From Mytilus californianus (taxonomy: Eukaryota), in contig NW_026262712.1 of NCBI RefSeq assembly GCF_021869535.1, positions 115,072,001-115,136,000 of the forward strand: a stretch of DNA of 64,000 nt. Reading direction: 5' to 3'. The notes below the pieces were generated by a model. It did no database searches, was not told where the DNA came from, and was given only the letters and a program-made list of their open reading frames with translations. Below are positions 37,799-50,433 of this stretch, piece after piece; positions within the stretch are counted from its first letter, which is position 1, and each line of letters opens with the position of its first letter. The position numbers and the translations under genes were made by a program.

Positions 37799-38086
37799 AA
37801 GACCTCTTTCGAGTTATATCATTCACCGGGAAAATTCGTCAATTATGCGCGATAAACTAGAAATAATGTATCTTCCGTAATCGCTCAATCACAATTCCCT
37901 TATAACAGCAGTGCTGGTTAACAATTATAAGAACTTAATTTGCCTAATAATTCTTGCAATATAGCATCATCTTTTTCACACGCTCGCTCAATATGGGAAG
38001 GAATTGGCGATGCTCCTAAACGCACGAATGATGTTCACTTAAAACAAAGTTTTTGACGAAAACGCAACGAACTCGAAAGTGGTCTT
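37799..38086. mobile_element. MITE-like element with 17-bp terminal inverted repeats
   Basis: AAGACCTCTTTCGAGTT (37799-37815) and AACTCGAAAGTGGTCTT (38070-38086), one mismatch; no ORF. Confidence 0.6.
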
Positions 38087-40397
38087 ATGCAGCAAAGCCA
38101 TTTGAGGCTTTAATCTATTTTCGGTTGAGTATAAAATATGGATTTGCTTGTAGATATTTAGAGTAATAAAGATGGATATCGTCATGGAATTTTTTTATTA
38201 CTATAAATTTCAAACATACCAAGTCATGAATATGACGGTTGTTATCCATTCGTTTAATGTGTTTGAGCTTTTGATTTTGCCATTTGATTACGGACTTTCC
38301 GTTTTGATTTTTCCTCGGAGTTCGGTATTTTTATTATTTTACTTTTTTCATAACTCTGACAAAAACAGCTTCAGATTGAAAATTAAATGTATATGAAAAA
38401 ATGTTGATATTTTATTTGTACTACCTAAAGTATTTAGTTAGAACTGTTTAGACTTTTATAAAATATATAACGCATTTAAAAGACATTGGTGCAGTGTACA
38501 TTACAATTTATATTTTTTATATTTTGTTTAATTTTTCTTGTATTGCATTATATTTATTAGTTTGGTATTAGATATGGAATTCGTTAGATATTTGGTATGA
38601 AGGATATTTTTGTGAATATTTAAAGTAAAATATATGTATATTGCAGTATTTTTTTCTGAATTTTGTTATTTACCCACTAAGTTGTATATTAAAGAAAGAA
38701 TTGCTCAGGTGAAAATACCTCCTTTTTTGGGGCGCGGTTATATTTGAACTTGTCCATTGTTTGAATAAGTGTTTTTCCACAATTTGTCCTCAATTGCAAC
38801 TATCGTTTGATGTCGATTTTTCGCCCTCTTAAGAAAATGTGTTACCGTTTAAAATTTCATGGGAAATAGGAACTCAATGTTAAAGAAAACTATATTTGTT
38901 TTTGTTTTGCAAGTGTACATATAAATATATGGTTTGAAAATGAAATAAATTACTGCAAACTCAGAGTGAAATGTGATGTTTATTTTCTATCGTTATGAAA
39001 ATGTGATTATTGTCAATATTAAAACTTGAATTATTATGTTCACTAGCAGTATATTACTTAACCATAAACAGGAAAAGCATTGATATATTTTTAATTATAG
39101 TTAGTTTTGGAAAGTGTGGTATACGCCTATGAGACAGTATTCTAATAACAAAAATAACCAAAACGACATCTTTAGAAAATAATACGGACACTTTTGGGGC
39201 CCTTTATAGCTTGCTGTTCGGTATGAGCCAAGGCTCTGTGTTGAAGGCCGTACTTTGACCTATAATGGTTTACTTTTTACACATTGTGACTTGGATGAAG
39301 AGTTGTGTCATTGGCACCCATACCACCTCTTCTAATTTTTATCTACAAACAATAGACGGGTTTCTATACAATATCATTTAATATGTCCCGCTCTAAACCG
39401 TCAAACTTATATAAACTGTTTGCATAAATTTAACAGAAACAATCGAATAGATGCAATTACCATCCAATTCTCCAAATAACAAAAACAAAAAAATATGACA
39501 AACGACAAACTGGCGAAGTGCCTGACTTTGGGCCGGCTCGTCAAAATATGGGGTGGTGTGTTTTGAATTAATGAACAATTTTGCCAATTACTCTAGGATA
39601 ATAGCGGACAAATTAATGATTATAGGAGGTTTTCATATTTGACAAAATCAGGTGCAAATAATTGTAAACTTTCAGATTCAACTTTTCGGTTAGATATATT
39701 TATCAAGTTCAGTGTATGATACAGATATCAAAGCCTCTTCTTTACATAACCTTTAACGGATATATGTTCAAGACCAAATAGTTTGAACACAACACACTTT
39801 ATATTTGACCACTACATTATGAGTTTTTCTCATTGTTATTGTGACCTGTAATTGCTTACATCCACGTCATTGGGTTCGTGGTAGATAGATGTCTCATCGG
39901 CAATCATACTATTCCTTCAAAACTTATGTATTTTTTTCGAAAGCGTAAACAATATTGTGCCAGCTAGTGAGATAAACTATGTTGCTTATGATGTGGAAAA
40001 TCCGTTGTGAGTCACATTCGATGAACTTTTGTATGTAGTCTTTATTGTGCATTTTCAAACTACAATGTAAATAGTCCAATAAACGATCATGAATAAATGT
40101 TTTATTGCATTTATCTATGTTAATAAAATTACAAACTAGAAGAGTTGCAACTTATCATAGTAATATATTGATACACAAACAGGTTTATATGTTATTTTAC
40201 TGATTCCAAGATTACATTAACTAGTTATGTCCTTTTACAGTTAATGTTGAAAAAAAGAGCTGCTTTAATCGAACATAGGCGTATGGTTATGGACTACAAA
40301 TGAACATGTGTCCAAAAATACCTATTGTTTTTCATTTTTGTCTGTAACAACGATTTATTCTAAATGGTGTCAGACACCTCAAAATGATCCACCTAGT

Positions 40398-40616
40398 TCA
40401 CATCTTCCCAGTAAGTGGTTTGAACGACCCTGGAGATTCCTTCCAGTGGGGCGGCCATGTAGCTTTAATACTAGGACGAGAGCTGAGTCTCTCATAATAC
40501 GACTTAATTTTGGGAAAACTGTTGAGATTCAGTCCCAGGCGAACACCAAATCCAATAAAAGGAAAAAAATATACATCAGCCATCGTGAAGTCAGGACCTG
40601 TGAGATAAGCGCCAGT
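40398..40616 (-). CDS. GST: GST exon 6 (TGAYLTGPDFTMADV...PLTGKM*)
   Basis: Acceptor TTTACAG at 40617-40623; 72 codons plus stop. Confidence 0.92.
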   Translation of the reverse strand, partial: TGAYLTGPDFTMADVYFFPFIGFGVRLGLNLNSFPKIKSYYERLSSRPSIKATWPPHWKESPGSFKPLTGKM

Positions 40617-43600
40617 CTGTAAATAATTAGAATATAATGCGTTAAATCATTATGTAAATTTATGTATATTTGTGTTCTGCTTACTGGAGAAAAAACATTG
40701 TATGTAGGTCGGTAAAATATTCTTATTTTTGGAAATATTTTAAAAAGGCTTAAGAGTGAAATTTTCTGGACTTGTCAATATAACGTTTGTGTGTGAAAAT
40801 GAGTCATTGCTATTTTACAAAACTGACTATAACTTCTCTTAAAATTGTTCTTTCGTGGTCGAAAACCACATGCAGCCCATCCAAATTAGGTGACCTTTGG
40901 TTGGCTTAATGTTTTCATTGTTTCTATATCCGTTAACTACTGGCCAAAATGACGGAAGTGATTAGATTTCCTCTCCAGTTTCAGTATATAAGTTTAAATT
41001 CTCCCTCATAAATTCGTCCGAATTTAAAACATTTCTAGTCTATCTACATGGCTAAATAAGAGGCAAGTCAAAATGTAGGCATGGTTTTCTCGCAACATTT
41101 AATAAAGATAATAAAAACATTACAAATATCTCTAAACAAACACACATCTAGCTATTCTACACTACATCATTATAATATAATGCAAATAATATACTATGCA
41201 GAACGTGTTGTACTTAGAAGTTAATGTGAGCACCTCGATACATACTATACAAGTATCGGACTTATATATGACTATAGAACCCCACCCGTAATACCGCCTT
41301 GGAAATGCCCGTGCGGTACTAACCAAAGACTTATATTTAGATAATAATCAAACTAGCTCTACAAACTAGTTCTACAAACTTGTTCCACAATAACTAAAGA
41401 TAGAAATAGATAAAAGAAAATCCAAATATAACGGAATAGAAATAAACAAATATAATGTGTTGCAATTTCAGAGAAATGCACCAATGTAGTGTTATTGATA
41501 AAACATCTCTTTTCATCCCGGCGCCCTCGGTTACATCTTGAACTTGCAGTGAGATGTCGGTGTTTTCTGTTGAAGGTCTCGCTGTGACTTTCAGATGAAA
41601 AAAAGCAAAATATTAGGATTCCTTCATGAAGTAAATACAGTTTCGAACTATATCCATTCTTTTTCATGATTATTAAAAACAACAAGTTTAATAATTTCAT
41701 GCGTCCGAAGCGCTTTTCTGGATTTATCTTCATCAGGAACGCTCAATGCCAAACATTTGAAATCCGAGGGATGTAGAAGTACCGAAACAGTTGACGAGCT
41801 ATATAACAAAAATACCTAAAATAAGTAGCCAAATTCATCTAAGATCAACTTTGCCTGAGGGAGTTGAAACCTTAGTTTCTTTATAATTTCAAAATTTATA
41901 AACGGACAATTTTAGAAAAGTTTGTTATAAATCATGTCAGTACCGAAGTACTGACTACTGAGCTGATGATACCCTCGGGGACTGATATTCCACCAGCAGA
42001 GGTATCGACCCAGTGATGTAAAAAATTGAAAACAACACGTTTAATAATGTCATGCGTCCGAAGCGCTTTTCTGGATTTACCTTCATCAGGAACGCTCAAT
42101 GCCAAACATTTGAAATCCGAGGGATGTATAAGTACCGAAACAGTTGAAGAGCTATATGACAAAAATACCTAAAACAAATAGCCAAATTCATCTAAGGTCA
42201 ACTTTGCCTGAGAGAGTTGAAACCTTAGTTTCTTTATAATTTCAAAATTTATAAAGGGACAATTTTAGAGACGTTTGTTATAAATCATGTCAGTACCGAA
42301 GTACTGACTACTGAGCTGATGATACCCTCGGGGACTGATAGTCCACCAGCAGAGGCATCGACCAAGGGATTGTAAAAAATTGAAAACAACACGTTTAATA
42401 ATTTCATGCGTCCGAAGCGCTTTTCTGGATTTACCTTCATCAGGAACGCTCAATGCCAAACATTTGAAATCCGAGGGATGTATAAGTACCGAAATAGTTG
42501 AAGAGCTATATGACAAAAATACCTAAAACAAATAGCCAAATTCATCTAAGGTCAACTTTGCCTGAGGGAGTTGAAACCTTAGTTTCTTTATAATTTCAAA
42601 ATTTATAAACGGACAATTTTAGAAAAGTTTGTTATAAATCATGTCAGTACCGAAGTACTGACTACTGAGCTGATGATACCCTCGGGGACTGATAGTCCAC
42701 CAACAGAGGTATCGACCCAGTGATGTAAAAAATTGAAAACAACACGTTTAATAATTTCATGCGTCCGAAGCGCTTTTTATAACAGATAAACGACTGTAAT
42801 ACAAGAGAGAGGTTTAGTGAGCTATCAAACCTGGTTTAATCCACCATTTTCTATATAAGGAAATGCCTGTAACCAGACAGGAATGTGATAGTTGTTTTCC
42901 ATTCGTTTGATGTGTTTGACCTTTTGATTTTGCCACTTGGTTATAAAGGACTTTCCGTTTTGATTTTTTTCTTGGAGTTCGGTATTTTTTTTTTATTTTA
43001 GTTTTTATTACCTGTCCCAAGTAATCATTCCAGCGATTGAGTTCGTCTTTCAGTGTCTGTGTCTTTCTTGCAAGAGTATCCTGTAAACATATTCATCGGT
43101 GATGAGGAACTTTTTTTTGTAATGATTATGTAATTATTATCTTGTGCAGTGTAAATATTGTCATTTATTTTTGGCTGTATTATATCGTGTATCTAATTAT
43201 TTCCATTGTTCAGGCAACGGTGTTTTTCTTTCGAGATAGTGATTGACTTATTAGTATCTTACTTTCTTTATATAATTTTATTCCGGTCCCATCTTTAGTT
43301 TTGTCTCGACTGCAAAAAATGAACGTAGGACGTGAATAAAACGTACGATCTTCGAATCATTTGCAGGAATGTCATTTATACTGTTGACTTTTAAATCCTT
43401 TGCTTGAAAACTTTGTGAACCATGTATTTTATGAATGATTTTATCTTCTTAAACATATGAACTTTGTTTGATAATAAATGTCTGTAAAAGTTTCAGTTGA
43501 ATTTATTATCATCACCTTTTAAATCTGTATAATCACATGCCTATCACCGTATAATGACCTCTTTATGTCTTGCTCACCCTTTTAAATCTCTGTAAGATTT

Positions 43601-46600
43601 ATTCTGTATAGACACATGCCTATCACCGTATAATGACCTCTATATGTCCTGCTCACCCTTTTAAATCTCTGTAAGATTTATTCTGTATAGACACATGCCT
43701 ATCATCGTATAATGACCTCTTTATGTCTTGCTCACCCTTTTAAATCTCTGTAAGATTTATACTGTATAGACACATGCCTATCACCGTATAATGACCTCTA
43801 TATGTCTTGCTCACCCTTTTAAATCTCTGTAAGATTTATTCTGTATAGACACATGGCTATCACCGTATAATGACCTCTATATGTCCTGCTCACCCTTTTA
43901 AATCTCTGTAAGATTTATTCTGTATAGACACATGCCTATCACCGTATAATGACCTCTATATGTCTTGCTCATCCTTTTAAATCTCTGTAAGATTTATTCT
44001 GTATAGACACATGCCTATCACCGTATAATGACCTCTATATGTCCTGCTCACCCTTTTAAATCTCTGTAAGATTTATTCTGTATAGACACATGCCTATCAC
44101 CGTATAATGACCTCTATATGTCCTGCTCACCCTTTTAAATCTCTGTAAGATTTATTCTGTATAGACACATGCCTATCACCTAATGATGACCTCTATATGT
44201 CCTGCTCCCCCTTTTAAATCTCTGTAAGATTTATTCTGTATAGACCCAATTCTTAGTATGACTTACCGGATTCATATCTTCTTCTTTCGTCTCCATAAAT
44301 TCATAGAGATAATCCAACAACATTTTATGCATTAAGTTAGCCACAGCCTAGAATTAAATCAACAATACTCTCGTAAATGAATGACGGGTATAAAAATGAA
44401 ACATTGATCGATGTTACAGATTTAATTGAAATGTTTTGATGATGATTGATCTTACAAAAATAATAATAAAATCATCACAAATAGAGTTTTCTGCATTTTG
44501 AATGTTATTCATGTTTTATTTTCATTATCATTTGCAAATATCCTGACAACTGTTGTTCCAATATTTAGTACACCTTTTTTTTCTAACTGCATGATTTCGA
44601 ACACCCCCTCCAATATAGAATAAGCAGTTGTGCCATTAGTGCACGATACACCTTTTTGTTTTGCTTTTTGAAATTGTGCAATAATCATAAATCCTAGTTC
44701 CAAGTGTACTAGAACTAATCTGATGGTGACAGTCAATAAACCCTGGAGAATAAATCAAAAGATACCTTACTATAACCAATTCCAATAATTGTGTAAAGTT
44801 TTAAATATTAAGTTTATCCAAGAATTTTCAAGTTAGTGTACAACATGTAAAAATTAACTAAAATATGACAATTAAAGTCCAGCAACTCTTGAACGAATAA
44901 CAAGGAAGGTTTCAAAATAAAAAAAGTTTCTTATAGTAAATTTAAATAACAGCTCAAAGTTTTGAGTGAATCAATCTAAGTATGCTAGTTAAGCTCCCTT
45001 TACTTTAGAACGACAAAGTAAAAACAAATTCAAAATCGAAAAGGAGCTTTTTTTAATCATTCCCATTAACAGCGTACAGTTTTAGGTAAATTCATCCAAT
45101 CAAACTTGAGTTAGTGTGCGACATGTGATAAATTGCTCTAAATTTTATAGTTAAGGTCCTGTAACTCTGGAACGTCGAACCAAACAAAAATTCAAATCAA
45201 TAGTGAGCTGTCTTCTATCAATCCTATTGTTGTGTTAAAATTTCCTGAGAACTGTGAGCTGTTGTATGAAGAGTTAACATACGGATGGACAGAGGGACAA
45301 CGGTATACCATATTATCTCCATGACGTGTGTATAAAAAGGAGGTGTTGAATGAGACATCTATCCACCAAAGTTCAATTGATTTGGATTTAAGCATTTATG
45401 GGTAAACATAATTAAACAATGGGCATTGTATTGTCAGCTATAAAATGTTCAGATATGACAAAAATATAAAACAATTCAAACGAATCAGACGAATCAAAAC
45501 TGTTTCCTACCGTTAATTGTCGTTTCAATTACATCATTCTGAATTAAAGGGCTGTACCGCGTTAACAGCCGTGTTTTTTATCTAATATTTACAGATTTAA
45601 CAAGAATTATGCCTAATGTATTGTAAACATACACAATACATTTTATGTTTAACTCGAGAATTGTTATATTTGGTAAATACCGGGCAAACATGTACAAATA
45701 AAATATTTCATTAATAAATATATGTTGATGATCGAGTTGTTATAAACAAATTGTATTGTAGTTACTGACATCGTTTATGAGCAACAATCGTTACTGGTAT
45801 TATAGTAAAAATAAAATACTGACCTCATTCATCCTTTGTAGAACAAGCGCCCTCTGTTTTGTACCAGATGGTATGAGTTGTGTCCCTTTATCTTTATAAG
45901 TACTCTGTAGATATACACATCAAGAATAACCATGGTAATGACTTGAAGAAAAATATATTAATATATGGCATTTTACATATCTATCGGATTATCACTCGAT
46001 TCCTCGACCTATGTCTGACGCTCGACTAGAGCCTCTGTCTGAAATGAGAACCTGTGGTGGATCATGGAAAAATCCATACATTTATCTGTTGATCATGTAC
46101 TTCCAATTCAAGAACGCACCCAGGCTGATAACTCATATCAGTACATCCAGGTGAAGTGAGTCTGTCCTGGGCACGTGGAGTCCGTGTAGTCCGTCTGTGT
46201 GAAGTTCGTCCGTCCACGTAAACCAGACTGAGTCCGTGCGTTTGAACGATACATTAAGTGCGAGGGTTTTATATCGAATCAAGGTCGTTAAAAAAAAACA
46301 TCACCAATAAACATAATTTAAATATTATTTCTTATTGATAAAATGTCCTACTTTGATTGATCGTTGTTTAATTTACGTCCAGTGGCAAATATTTCATGCA
46401 TGTTCAGGACCAGTCCTACTTTGATAATTTCCAACAGTTTACATGCTAATAATTAAAAACATTGTATTGTATTTAAATGTAGGTTATCATTTTTTTTTTA
46501 TTCTAAAAACGTATTTTCATTTCATATAAATAATTGTAGACTAGTGGACAAGTTGAATGCATTAAAATGTTAGACCAATAAGACAAAAATTATTAGACCA

Positions 46601-47367
46601 AACATACCTCAAGATATTCACATATTGCACCAGACTCATTAACGACCACCTCTCCGTCTGTAAACGTCGGTACCTATAATCATGATAATATTACTTACAG
46701 ACTGAAATACTGAAACAAATATAATACATTGAACAACAAACATCTCCATCGGAAAACGTTGGTTTATAACAAAACCGAAGAAATATTTTTCAGAGCCTAT
46801 TCCCTTGAACCTATTCCACATGATTTTTTTTTAATTTTGGTGATTGAAGTCGTTAGATAGACAGGAATGCTGCACTCGCGAAAAAATTCACACATATCTT
46901 ATTTTTTGAATGAATAAAATAACAAATAAAGGCTGAAATTGGAAAATGACTTCAGTAAATTCTCTACACATTTAGATGTATTTTGTCACGTATGGGGGTC
47001 CATACATGATGATGTTAGAACCTCGGTTAGAACTTCCGTAATATAATATTTTATAAGATATTAATGTACGATGTACGGTAATTATAGTTTTAAGTTTAAG
47101 ATAAAGTAGTGCAATTAAATATTGCTTATTGCATAGAACATGTATAAAGTGTCTTCGCAGTGATTATGTGTGTGCTAAATATGAATATAGATCACTTACC
47201 TCTCCTCTGGGGTTAAGTTTTAGGACGTCTCCTCCTTTCATTTCATTGTTGTCAAATGAAATTAATTTATTTTTATATCCACTGAATCCTTTCTCCTCCA
47301 AAGCAATCATTGCTTTCCAACACGGTACACTACCAGAACCCCAGTACAGAAACATATTCTCAGCCAT
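40398..47367 (-). CDS. GST: Rho-class (GST-A-like) glutathione S-transferase, six coding exons, 227 aa, apparently intact
   Basis: Exons 47200-47367, 46608-46673, 45824-45904, 44267-44347, 43012-43080, 40398-40616. All introns are GT..AG and phase 0. Motifs LYWGSGSVPCW, LNPRGEVP, VNESGAICEYLE, FTMADV, RPSIKATWPPHW. AATAAA at 40354-40359 (minus). Confidence 0.93.
41701..41742 (-). ncRNA. Minimal type I hammerhead ribozyme (array copy)
   Basis: GCGTTC-CTGATGA-AGATAAATCCA-GAAA-AGCGCT-TC^-GGACGC; stem II carries one substitution. Confidence 0.7.
42054..42095 (-). ncRNA. Minimal type I hammerhead ribozyme (array copy)
   Basis: GCGTTC-CTGATGA-AGGTAAATCCA-GAAA-AGCGCT-TC^-GGACGC; 6-bp stem I, palindromic stem III AAGCGCTT. 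Confidence 0.78.
42408..42449 (-). ncRNA. Minimal type I hammerhead ribozyme (array copy)
   Basis: Same motif as 42054-42095. Confidence 0.78.
42790..43000 (+). repeat. Interspersed repeat with T-rich end (family also at ~38205-38348 and 57345-57699)
   Basis: Shared GTTGTTTTCCATTCGTTTGATGTGTTTGA...GGACTTTCCGTTTTGA...GGAGTTCGGTATTTT. Confidence 0.75.
43012..43080 (-). CDS. GST: GST exon 5 (DTLARKTQTLKDELNRWNDYLGQ)
   Basis: TTTACAG acceptor, GTAATA donor, 69 nt. Confidence 0.9.
43535..44245. repeat. 79-bp minisatellite, 9 units, in GST intron 4
   Basis: ACATGCC recurs every 79 bp from 43535 to 44167; the array ends ~20 bp from the exon 4 donor. Confidence 0.95.
44267..44347 (-). CDS. GST: GST exon 4 (AVANLMHKMLLDYLYEFMETKEEDMNP)
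   Basis: TTCTAG acceptor, GTAAGT donor, 81 nt. Confidence 0.88.
45824..45904 (-). CDS. GST: GST exon 3 (STYKDKGTQLIPSGTKQRALVLQRMNE)
   Basis: CTACAG acceptor, GTCAGT donor, 81 nt. Confidence 0.9.
46608..46673 (-). CDS. GST: GST exon 2 (VPTFTDGEVVVNESGAICEYLE)
   Basis: TTATAG acceptor, GTATGT donor, 66 nt. Confidence 0.92.
47200..47367 (-). CDS. GST: GST exon 1 (MAENMFLYWGSGSVPCW...LNPRGE)
   Basis: ATG at 47365-47367, GTAAGT donor, 168 nt. Confidence 0.92.
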
Positions 47368-49246
47368 TGTGTGTCTGTTTTTACGTGACAAAACAGAAGT
47401 GTTCAGCGATCGATACGGCAAGATTAGGAAACGTATGGAAATGCGGGACATTGTGTGTGCGGTTAAGATGTAGTACGATTTGATAACAAACGTCTGTTTT
47501 TAAAGATATACTATCAAGTTGTTTCATTTCATACTCGCAACCTTATAAATTCTTGTGATTACGATCATTAGTTTATTAAATAATATAGGTTCAAAAGGAA
47601 TGAGTTAAGTACGAGAGCAAAGGATAAAGAAATTGTGATTTCCAAATTAATCAAATTTCAAATCATTATTCATGATATTCAAATTTGAATTGGACCACGT
47701 GAAAAATTATTATAGTCCTATCAAGCTGGGGCATGTTTTTTTTTTATAATTGCTAGATTCTTAATTTCTTGTAAATTTTAAATTATTCAATCAATATAAT
47801 TTGTTTCAGAAGGGCGGTGAATAAAGTTTAGGAAGAGTGGGTGGTATCAAGAGGCAAAGATTTTTTTTCCACAGGAAAAAAAAATACCAACCCCTCCCCC
47901 ACCACAACCACACAAAGACACATCCACACATTCTCTCAAAAAACACATAAAAAATGAATGTTAAATGGCGGGAGAGTTGTACTGAAGTTAACATTCTAGT
48001 CTGGGATAAAATGGATTATTTATAAGTGGACATTGCACTTTGAACGAGCTTTCCATAACTGCAATTACTCTTAAATCGATAATTTGTGTTTATTGTATTT
48101 TTGTTATTTGCTTTTCGTGCTTAGGACCGATTTAATCAGTCATTTCCAACTGATCAGATGTTGTGTTGTTGCATCACTGTCTCATTTTAGAGGACATATG
48201 AGCGATCAAAAACTTGTTAAACCCCGCCACATTCTGTATGTACTTCTACCAATCGTGTGGTTCAATGGTTGTCGTAGGTCGACGTCTGTCATATTTTTTT
48301 TTTTTTTTTTTTTTTCATTTCTGTTGTTTAATCAGGCCCTGGTCTTCTCTTTGAATTATTTCACATTTTTTCATGCTAGGTCTTTTAAAGTTTGACGGTA
48401 TAAGTTTTGCTGATTGTCACACATCTTTGCCTTTCATCATGAGCAATCGTTGTGTCATAGGCAATCGTACCAAATGTTTTCATTTACATACAATTCCTAA
48501 AACTAACAATTTATAACCTGTATTGCATTCACAACTGACATTTTGAACATTGAAAGAGAGATATACTGATTGATTTATTGTTACTTTACGCACAGTGGCA
48601 AATATATTATACATATTCAGGACGAGAACAAATTAACAATTAATACAATAGGTACATGTAGTGCTTAAGGAAGGTGAACTGAGAAGAAGAGTCAGAAATT
48701 TTTGTCAGGGTTCTTTAACGTGTAGAGAGCATGGTAATCACCCTACACAAAGCATCTGATGGAAAGATCTCGACAGAACGTTGTCGCGTATTTATAAATG
48801 CCGCACAGTCAAACCGATGCCCCACTATAGCAAGGGTTTTTCTATCGCACTAGTGAATTCCACGGATTATGATATCTTGACCCGTGTCAACCCTTAGAGA
48901 TAGAATGCACACAGCATTACTACTCAGTAATTGTCGAAACAAGATTTACAATGAGTGAGTGATTGGATAGGTGTGAAGTTTACATCCTTACATGTATGTT
49001 TTGTCCTGTACATATTGTCTTGTCTTGTGTTAACCATGTTTGTAAAATTGTGAATCTGTATACATCCATATTGAGGAGACCCACACGTAGCCTCTGGCTG
49101 TTGGCAATCCTCTTTAAATAAATAAAGAATTAAATTTAGATCTACAAACAAGTCGACATGACCGAAATCTTAAATTGACTTCCTATAGAAGTTGTTGTCT
49201 TTAGATAATATTTTTTATTGATTTTTGCCTTTTGGAAAACAATAAA

Positions 49247-49435
49247 AGATTGAAAGAACTTTAAACAGTAGAAATGATCAACATGAGAGGATCTTCAGAA
49301 GAATAATAGATTGAAAGAACTTTAAACAGTAGAAATGATCAACATGAGAGGATCTTCAGAAGAATAATAGATTGAAAGAACTTTAAACAGTAGAAATGAT
49401 CAACATGATTGGATCTTCAAGTTCAGAATAATAAT
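49247..49435. repeat. 61-bp tandem repeat, 3 units
   Basis: GATTGAAAGAACTTTAAACAGTAGAAATGATCAACATG recurs with a 61-bp period. Confidence 0.9.
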
Positions 49436-50043
49436 AGAACTGTTCAATGGACTTCGTTGATGAGTTCTCTTTAATGATATTTTTTACTTATTTAATTTGC
49501 AGTGTTATTTATATAGTGAACTCATTTTTGCAACTCTAATAAAAACAAAACAGTAAGTATAAGCATACAAATGATCAGATATAAAACTTCTACAAATAAA
49601 TCAGCATGACTGAATTATTAGAATGTCCTTTTATGGTTAAAAGGCCATATTTACTTTTATATTAGAATTAATTGGAGACGTGAAATGATGCCAATGAAAG
49701 ATAACCACTGATGTTCCGAAAGGTTTTATTGTTGCATATATTTTTTACAAGGATGGTTCAGGCTAAGCTATTTATATACTATAATGTCGTTACTATGCGT
49801 ATGGTATATATGCAAACATAAGTTAGTACGTACGAACTGATCTTTAAAATTAGGAAACGCATATGCTCTTCCATGCTTGTCGAGCCTGCGACATTTATGT
49901 AGCGGGAACGAGACATTGCAATCATGGATTCTGTCATCGGCGTCGTCGTCAACATTTAGGTTCAGTTTGTGGTTAAAGTTCTTTTAGACATCAATAACTT
50001 TGTCAAACCTTAATAGACTTTCTGAAATGCACAGAGGCCTCGA

Positions 50044-50087
50044 GCATCACTGAAGAGACATTCATTGTCGAAATGCGCATCTGGTGC
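50044..50087 (+). ncRNA. Canonical-core type I hammerhead ribozyme
   Basis: GCATCA-CTGAAGA-GAC(ATTCATT)GTC-GAAA-TGCGCA-TC^-TGGTGC; all three stems pair. Confidence 0.85.
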
Positions 50088-50389
50088 AGAAACATTGGTA
50101 CCGTTAATGTTATTACTTCCACTGGGGCGATGCCTCTACTGTTGGACTGTTAGTCCCCGAGGTTATCACCAGCCCAGTAGCCAGAACTTCGGTACTTGCA
50201 TGTAAATACGGATTTTGTGTTATTCAAATTTGCTGTTACAAAATTTTAGCAATTATTCTAAATTAAGGAATATATCTTCCTCATGCAAAGCTCTGATTCC
50301 TTGCGCGGCTTTGGCTATACTTTTTTGTCCTTTTTGGTTTATAGCTCTTCATCTTTTTAATAAGCTTTGGATTTTTAATTTGGCCTCGA

Positions 50390-50433
50390 GCATCACTGAA
50401 GATACATTAATTGTCGAAATGCGCATCTGGTGC
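50390..50433 (+). ncRNA. Type I hammerhead ribozyme, first stem II pair broken
   Basis: As 50044 but stem II reads TAC/GTC. Confidence 0.7.

Larger units (their letters stand above)
41675..42777 (-). mobile_element. Tandem array (~3.1 units, 353/354/353 nt) of hammerhead-containing repeats, non-LTR retrozyme-like, in GST intron 5
   Basis: The motif GCGTCCGAAGCGC recurs at 41701, 42054, 42408 and 42761. The fourth copy is truncated by another interspersed repeat. Confidence 0.88.

Noticed and set aside
41359-42516. ORFs 41359-41733, 41932-42162 and 42265-42516 with repeated peptides
   Set aside because: Translations of the noncoding hammerhead repeat units inside a GST intron.
44509-44736. 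75-aa ORF in GST intron 3 as an alternative exon
   Set aside because: No GST similarity; the six identified exons already give a complete protein.
47164-47451. The 95-aa ORF as a standalone gene
   Set aside because: It is GST exon 1 read through its splice donor, with an upstream in-frame extension.
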